Below, piece after piece: positions 60,214 to 64,000 of a stretch of 64,000 bases of DNA. Origin of the DNA: a candidate division BRC1 bacterium HGW-BRC1-1 (GTDB lineage Bacteria > Sumerlaeota > Sumerlaeia > Sumerlaeales > Sumerlaeaceae); NCBI GenBank assembly GCA_002842095.1, contig PHCB01000006.1:3814-67813 (forward strand), read 5' to 3'. The translations under genes and the position numbers were made by a program. The notes under the pieces were generated by a model, which was not told where the DNA came from, searched no databases, and saw only the letters and a program-made list of their open reading frames with translations. Every line of letters begins with the position of its first letter. Position 1 is the stretch's first letter.

Positions 60214-60624
60214 TTGGTCTCTTCCGCGCAAAAGAAGCTTCTCAAGCAAATGACTTCCATTGAAAACCGTCTGGCTGTAGTCAGCGAGTACACCCGCCTT
60301 TGGCAGGAGTATTTCAAATTCTTCTCCGACGGCATCGATGAAAAAGACCATATCACCGAGCAGCAGGAGAAACAGTTTTTCCAACTCATGAACATCCTTG
60401 GCGTGAACCACTTCCGGTTTTCGGAAATGGCCGGAGAGTACTTCAAGGATGGCGAGATGATCCTCGACGTGATCGGAAGAACTCCAAGCCTGGACGCCAT
60501 CAAGCACATGAGCGACGCCCAGTTCTCTCCCCTGCTTATCGACTGGCACACACTGTTCATTTCCATGAACAAGACCATCGGCAAATTGAAACCCCAACTG
60601 CCGCCACCTCCTCCACAGAAGTAA
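60214..60624 (+). CDS. Small soluble protein (136 aa, TTG start, C-terminal PPPPPQK); paralog of 55717..56280 lacking the TM helix
   Basis: See the alignment under 55717..56280. Confidence 0.45.
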   Translation: MVSSAQKKLLKQMTSIENRLAVVSEYTRLWQEYFKFFSDGIDEKDHITEQQEKQFFQLMNILGVNHFRFSEMAGEYFKDGEMILDVIGRTPSLDAIKHMSDAQFSPLLIDWHTLFISMNKTIGKLKPQLPPPPPQK

Positions 60625-60652
60625 CCCCCAAGCCAGTTGGTGCGAAAAAGTA

Positions 60653-60707
60653 ATCGCCCGGCTGAGAGCGCTGTTAAAAACAGCCTCTCTGCCGGGCGTT
60701 TTTCTTT
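60653..60707 (+). terminator. Strong rho-independent terminator (approximately 20-bp imperfect stem CGCCCGGCTGAGAGCGCTGTT / AACAGCCTCTCTGCCGGGCG, then TTTTTCTTT)
   Basis: Read directly; immediately precedes a G8 run and the 9-mer array. Confidence 0.7.
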
Positions 60708-60714
60708 GGGGGGG

Positions 60715-60760
60715 GATGGACGGAATGGACGGAATGGACGATATGGACACTATGGACAGT
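60715..60760. repeat. Tandem 9-mer array GATGGACGG-AATGGACGG-AATGGACGA-TATGGACAC-TATGGACAG
   Basis: Same family as 51132 and 62535. Confidence 0.7.
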
Positions 60761-60784
60761 GTTCTAGATTGAGAAGCGCGACCC

Positions 60785-61036
60785 TCAGTGGTCCACTACA
60801 CCGTCCATGGAGCGGGAGCGGGGGTTTGTCCTGGAGCCCTGAACAATCGGTCCCAGCGCGTAATAGGCGTAGAGTCCCGCAGCCACAATAAAGATCCACC
60901 CAAACTTGCTGCCTCGCAGCAGCAGCAGCGCCAGCCCTACGGCAGCCAGCACCGCCACGATGGCCAGAGGCCCCATCAGATCGCCGGGACGTGCCGCCAG
61001 CAGCCCCATGCCATGCACCAGTGTTGTTCCCATCAT
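60785..61036 (-). CDS. Small two-TM membrane protein (83 aa) immediately downstream of the ABC substrate-binding gene
   Basis: Hydrophobic segments LLAARPGDLMGPLAIVAVLAAVGLALLLL and FGWIFIVAAGLYAYYALGPIV. Confidence 0.4.
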   Translation of the reverse strand: MMGTTLVHGMGLLAARPGDLMGPLAIVAVLAAVGLALLLLRGSKFGWIFIVAAGLYAYYALGPIVQGSRTNPRSRSMDGVVDH

Positions 61037-61044
61037 TGCACCTT

Positions 61045-62439
61045 TCAGTTGCCTGCAGGGGCGCTTGTGGGCGCTGTATCGCCCTGTGTCGCCGCCTTCG
61101 GTTCTACTTTGTTTGCTCCCGCGCCGCGCTCGGGCACCACTTCAAGGCGCTTGTCCACACGGGCTTCCAGCTCTTTCAGTTCCTGATCCGGGTCCGCATT
61201 GCGGTTCAGCACGCGGTCGACCATTACGCCGATCTCCTGCCGGATGCCATCCCAGGCCCGAATCTTCGGCTCCTGCCTGCCCAGGTCGTTTGCCACCCAA
61301 CTGGCCGCTTCGGCGTAATTGGCATTCTCAGCCATGTACTTCACCATTTCGGGGTCTCTCAGCACCGAGTAGCGGATGGGCATGTAGCCTGTCGATGTTT
61401 CCCATTTCACGCTGCTTTTGATGTTGGTGAGAAACTTAAGGAATTTCCAGGCAGCGGCGCGCTCGCCCTCGCTCTTGTTGTTGAAGATGCCCACGTTCGT
61501 GCCCTGCATTACATAGCGCGGCGAGCGGCCGGCGATGCCGGGGATGGGCGCCACCCCCCACTGGAACTTGCCCGCAACCTTCTTGGAAACGTACGGGAAA
61601 CTGGCGCTGCTGTAAATGAACATGGCGATCTGCTCGTTGGCCAGGGGGGCATCCATGTACTCGGCGTTCACGTACAGGTGCTTCTTGGGCGTCTGCAGAT
61701 TGCGCCAGAAGTTCAACACGGTGCGGGCGTCCTCGGTGTCAAAAACCGGTTTGCCCTCGGCATTCAAAAAGTCGCCCCCGCTGGCGAAATACAGCGTCGT
61801 AAAGCTTTCGCTGGCCGGCTGCACGCCGATGCCGTAGGTCTTCTGGCCGGGGCCGTCCACGTTGGTCAGTTTCACGATCACATCGCGGAACTCATCGAGG
61901 TTCTTGGGTGCCGTGGTTATGCCCGCAGCGGCCAGTCGGTCGAGGTTCATGTAGAGCGCATAGACGCTCTTGTTGAAAGGCATCGTCACCAGCTTGCCGT
62001 CGTAGCTGTTCGCCTCACGGTACACCTTCACGATGTCGTCGATCTCGCCGGGCGCCCAGCCATCGGGGCCGTTGATGTGGTCTTCCACATGATCCATCAG
62101 GTTCGCCGCGTAAAAGTCCGAGGTCCAGCTTTCGTAAACTGTGGCCAGCGCCGGGTTCTTGGCGGGGGATGTGGCGAAGGAGTTTTGAAGTTTCTGCAAC
62201 AGTTCCTGGGGGCGGCCCTGATAGAGGGGCTTGACGATGATAGTCGGATTTTCTTTCTCGAAGTCCGCCACGATAGCTTTCAATGTCCGCTCGTGGTCAC
62301 CGGCGAAATAGTGCCAGAATTCAACGACGGTTTTTCCGTCGGCGTTAACCCCTTTGTCGTCGGTTTTGGGCTTGCCACCGCATCCGGCAAGGACCAGTGC
62401 GATGAGGATGCTGAGGGCGAGAAAGGACAGACGTTTCAT
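61045..62439 (-). CDS. ABC transporter substrate-binding lipoprotein (family 1, carbohydrate type)
   Basis: MKRLSFLALSILIALVLAGCGG lipobox; EFWHYFAGDHERTLKAIVADFEKENPTIIVKP typical of sugar-binding proteins. Confidence 0.7.
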   Translation of the reverse strand: MKRLSFLALSILIALVLAGCGGKPKTDDKGVNADGKTVVEFWHYFAGDHERTLKAIVADFEKENPTIIVKPLYQGRPQELLQKLQNSFATSPAKNPALATVYESWTSDFYAANLMDHVEDHINGPDGWAPGEIDDIVKVYREANSYDGKLVTMPFNKSVYALYMNLDRLAAAGITTAPKNLDEFRDVIVKLTNVDGPGQKTYGIGVQPASESFTTLYFASGGDFLNAEGKPVFDTEDARTVLNFWRNLQTPKKHLYVNAEYMDAPLANEQIAMFIYSSASFPYVSKKVAGKFQWGVAPIPGIAGRSPRYVMQGTNVGIFNNKSEGERAAAWKFLKFLTNIKSSVKWETSTGYMPIRYSVLRDPEMVKYMAENANYAEAASWVANDLGRQEPKIRAWDGIRQEIGVMVDRVLNRNADPDQELKELEARVDKRLEVVPERGAGANKVEPKAATQGDTAPTSAPAGN

Positions 62440-62534
62440 GGGGGTTCTCCAAGTGGGATCGTGACGGTTGTGTCTTTAGTGTTTCGGAGAGCGTGTTAGC
62501 GCGCTGAAGGGGCGTTGTAAAGTCGCAAGAGCAC

Positions 62535-62585
62535 GGGGGGGATGGACGGTATGGACACTATGGACTTTATGGACAGAATGGAGCG
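62535..62585. repeat. G7 run plus tandem 9-mer array GATGGACGG-TATGGACAC-TATGGACTT-TATGGACAG-AATGGAGCG, in the divergent region between the binding-protein gene and the creatininase-family gene
   Basis: Same family as 51132 and 60715. Confidence 0.7.
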
Positions 62586-62751
62586 GAAATGCGATGAAGC
62601 ATTCTGACCTGTCCCGCGCAAAATTCTCTTGCTAAGAAATCCTGTCGGCAACCTTTGAGGATGCAGTTTGCTTCGAGGTTCGTTTAACGTGCAGGCTACA
62701 TTCGCACCGGACCACCTCGGGGCCACTGAGCCTTCAAAGGAGCGTGTCACC

Positions 62752-63555
62752 ATGCAATGGGAGAATCTGACAAGCGACGATTTCGCTGAGGCGGTTAAAT
62801 CCACCGGGGGCGTTTGTGTGGTTGGGGCGGGAGTGCTGGAACGCCACGCCACGCATCTGCCGTTGGGCACCGACATGATCATTTCCCACGCCGCCTGCGT
62901 TCGCGCCGCCGAACGCGAATCCGCCGTGGTATATCCGGCGGTGTGGTTTGGTCAGATATTCGAAGCGCGCTGTTTCCCCGGCACCGTTACGCTCGAACCC
63001 AAACTTCTTTTCCACCTGTACGAGGCCGTGTTCGACGAGATTGCCCGCAATGGTTTCCGCAAGATTATCGTCCACAACGGCCACGGCGGCAACTGGCATC
63101 TGCTCAAGTATCTTGCCCAGAGCACCTTGTGGGCGCGCAAACCGTATACGCTCTACATTCAGTCCACCTGGCTGAACCCCGAAGAAGACAAGGCGTGGAA
63201 AGCACTGCGGGAAACCGAGTACCACGGCCACGCGTGTGAGTGCGAAACGAGCTGCATGCTCGACGTCGCGCCGCATCTGGTGTACATGGACCGCGTGCCC
63301 CCCGAACCCGCGCTGAACCTGAAACGCGACGCGCATCTGCCCGACAACTTCTCGGGAAGCTCGTGGTACGCAGCCCACCCCGAGCATTACGCAGGCGACG
63401 CCCGTACCGCCACGGCGGAGAAGGGCGCGAAGCTCATGGAGCTGATGGTCGCCTCGCTGACGCGCTTCATCACCAACGTGAAAAATGACACTGTTCTCCC
63501 CGCGCTGGAGCAGGAATTTTACGATCGCTGCGATCGCGTCGGAGGTCAGGAGTAA
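62752..63555 (+). CDS. Creatininase-family amidohydrolase (creatinine amidohydrolase/MftE-like fold)
   Basis: VVGAGVLERHATHLPLGTDMI…HNGHGGN…EYHGHACECETS metal-ligand pattern. Start at ATG 62752 (MQWENL); the ORF-track TTG at 62668 is less likely. Confidence 0.6.
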   Translation: MQWENLTSDDFAEAVKSTGGVCVVGAGVLERHATHLPLGTDMIISHAACVRAAERESAVVYPAVWFGQIFEARCFPGTVTLEPKLLFHLYEAVFDEIARNGFRKIIVHNGHGGNWHLLKYLAQSTLWARKPYTLYIQSTWLNPEEDKAWKALRETEYHGHACECETSCMLDVAPHLVYMDRVPPEPALNLKRDAHLPDNFSGSSWYAAHPEHYAGDARTATAEKGAKLMELMVASLTRFITNVKNDTVLPALEQEFYDRCDRVGGQE

Positions 63556-63567
63556 CATCCTCCAACG

Positions 63568-64000
63568 ATGAACTCGATCGCCTCCCCCTCACTCAAACGC
63601 GCCGGTTGGTGGTTTCTTGCCTTCGCGGCTCTTATCCTGTTCGCCGTCATGCTGCAGCGCGGCATGCGCGGCGGACGCGTTGCCACCCACACTCCCGACG
63701 GTCGCGTGATTGTGGAATACTGGGAAAAGTGGGCGGGCATCGAAGCCGAAAACATGCGCGTGATTGTGAACGATTTCAACGCGTCGCAGAACCGCATCTT
63801 CGTCAATTATCTCAGTGTGGGCAACATCGAACAGAAATTTTTGCTGGCAGCCAGCGGTGGTAATCCGCCCGACGTCATCGGGCTTTACGACCAGAACACG
63901 CTCAACTTCACCGAGAAGGGCGCGCTGTTGCCACTGGATAAATTGATGGCGCGCGACGGTCTAACACCCGCCGATTATCTGCCGCGCATCCTGAACCTCG
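63568..64000 (+). CDS. ABC transporter substrate-binding protein, N-terminal part (continues beyond window end)
   Basis: Signal/TM, then EYWEKWAGIEAENMRVIVNDFNASQNRIFVNYLSVGNIEQKFLLAASGGNPPDVIGLY, typical of family 1 binding proteins. 12 nt after the creatininase-family stop. Confidence 0.6.
   Translation, partial: MNSIASPSLKRAGWWFLAFAALILFAVMLQRGMRGGRVATHTPDGRVIVEYWEKWAGIEAENMRVIVNDFNASQNRIFVNYLSVGNIEQKFLLAASGGNPPDVIGLYDQNTLNFTEKGALLPLDKLMARDGLTPADYLPRILNL

Overview
This is a GC-rich (about 62%) bacterial chromosomal segment; I could not assign a phylum from the sequence alone. Evidence throughout is manual motif reading of the translated ORFs and the raw sequence, with no database searches.

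- Core region, 10.3–25.2 kb, minus strand: a contiguous ribosomal-protein supercluster, tuf-rpsJ-rplC-rplD-rplW-rplB-rpsS-rplV-rpsC-[extra 99-aa ORF]-rplP-rpmC-rpsQ-rplN-rplX-rplE-rpsZ-rpsH-rplF-rplR-rpsE-rpmD-rplO-secY-map, ending in a translationally coupled NUDIX hydrolase gene. It lacks fusA/rpsG/rpsL upstream of tuf, adk between secY and map, and the alpha operon after map.
- Left flank, 0–10 kb: a coupled GT4-GT2-WecA/MraY-like polysaccharide operon, an AGE-family sugar epimerase, a WD40-repeat protein, and a large GT-C-like membrane glycosyltransferase gene interrupted by a C12 homopolymer frameshift.
- Right flank, 25–64 kb, an accessory-looking envelope and surface region:
  - an SPFH protein, two tandem bPH-like membrane paralogs and a ribbon-helix-helix protein;
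  - a 974-aa FGE-sulfatase/CARDB surface protein;
  - several GT-C-like and hypothetical membrane proteins;
  - a lone acetolactate-synthase large subunit;
  - FlgD-Ig-like secreted paralogs;
  - a three-gene prepilin-like operon including a 698-aa protein;
  - a LysM-CE4 deacetylase and a phosphohexomutase;
  - a 1235-aa helical-repeat lipoprotein sandwiched between two paralogous small genes plus a 35-aa single-TM mini-ORF;
  - an ABC sugar-binding protein and a creatininase-family gene.
- Intergenic repeats: at least seven distinct families recur at multiple loci. They are a REP-like GACCGGCG/CGCCGGTC hairpin; an ATCTGCG heptad triplet phased at 10/9 nt; a GGGGGCAGGAATGCCCCC hairpin; a roughly 95-nt hairpin-rich element that supplies the last codons of two genes; TTGCACACCGG tandem 11-mers with an inverted copy 12.5 kb away; ATGGAC tandem 9-mers; and CAAAG-containing 9-nt repeats.
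- Homopolymers: two long G/C tracts (C12 and G15) sit at frameshifts in surface-related genes, consistent with either phase variation or homopolymer assembly error.
- Not found: a CRISPR array, tRNA or rRNA genes, a reverse transcriptase, or any recognisable defence-system gene.
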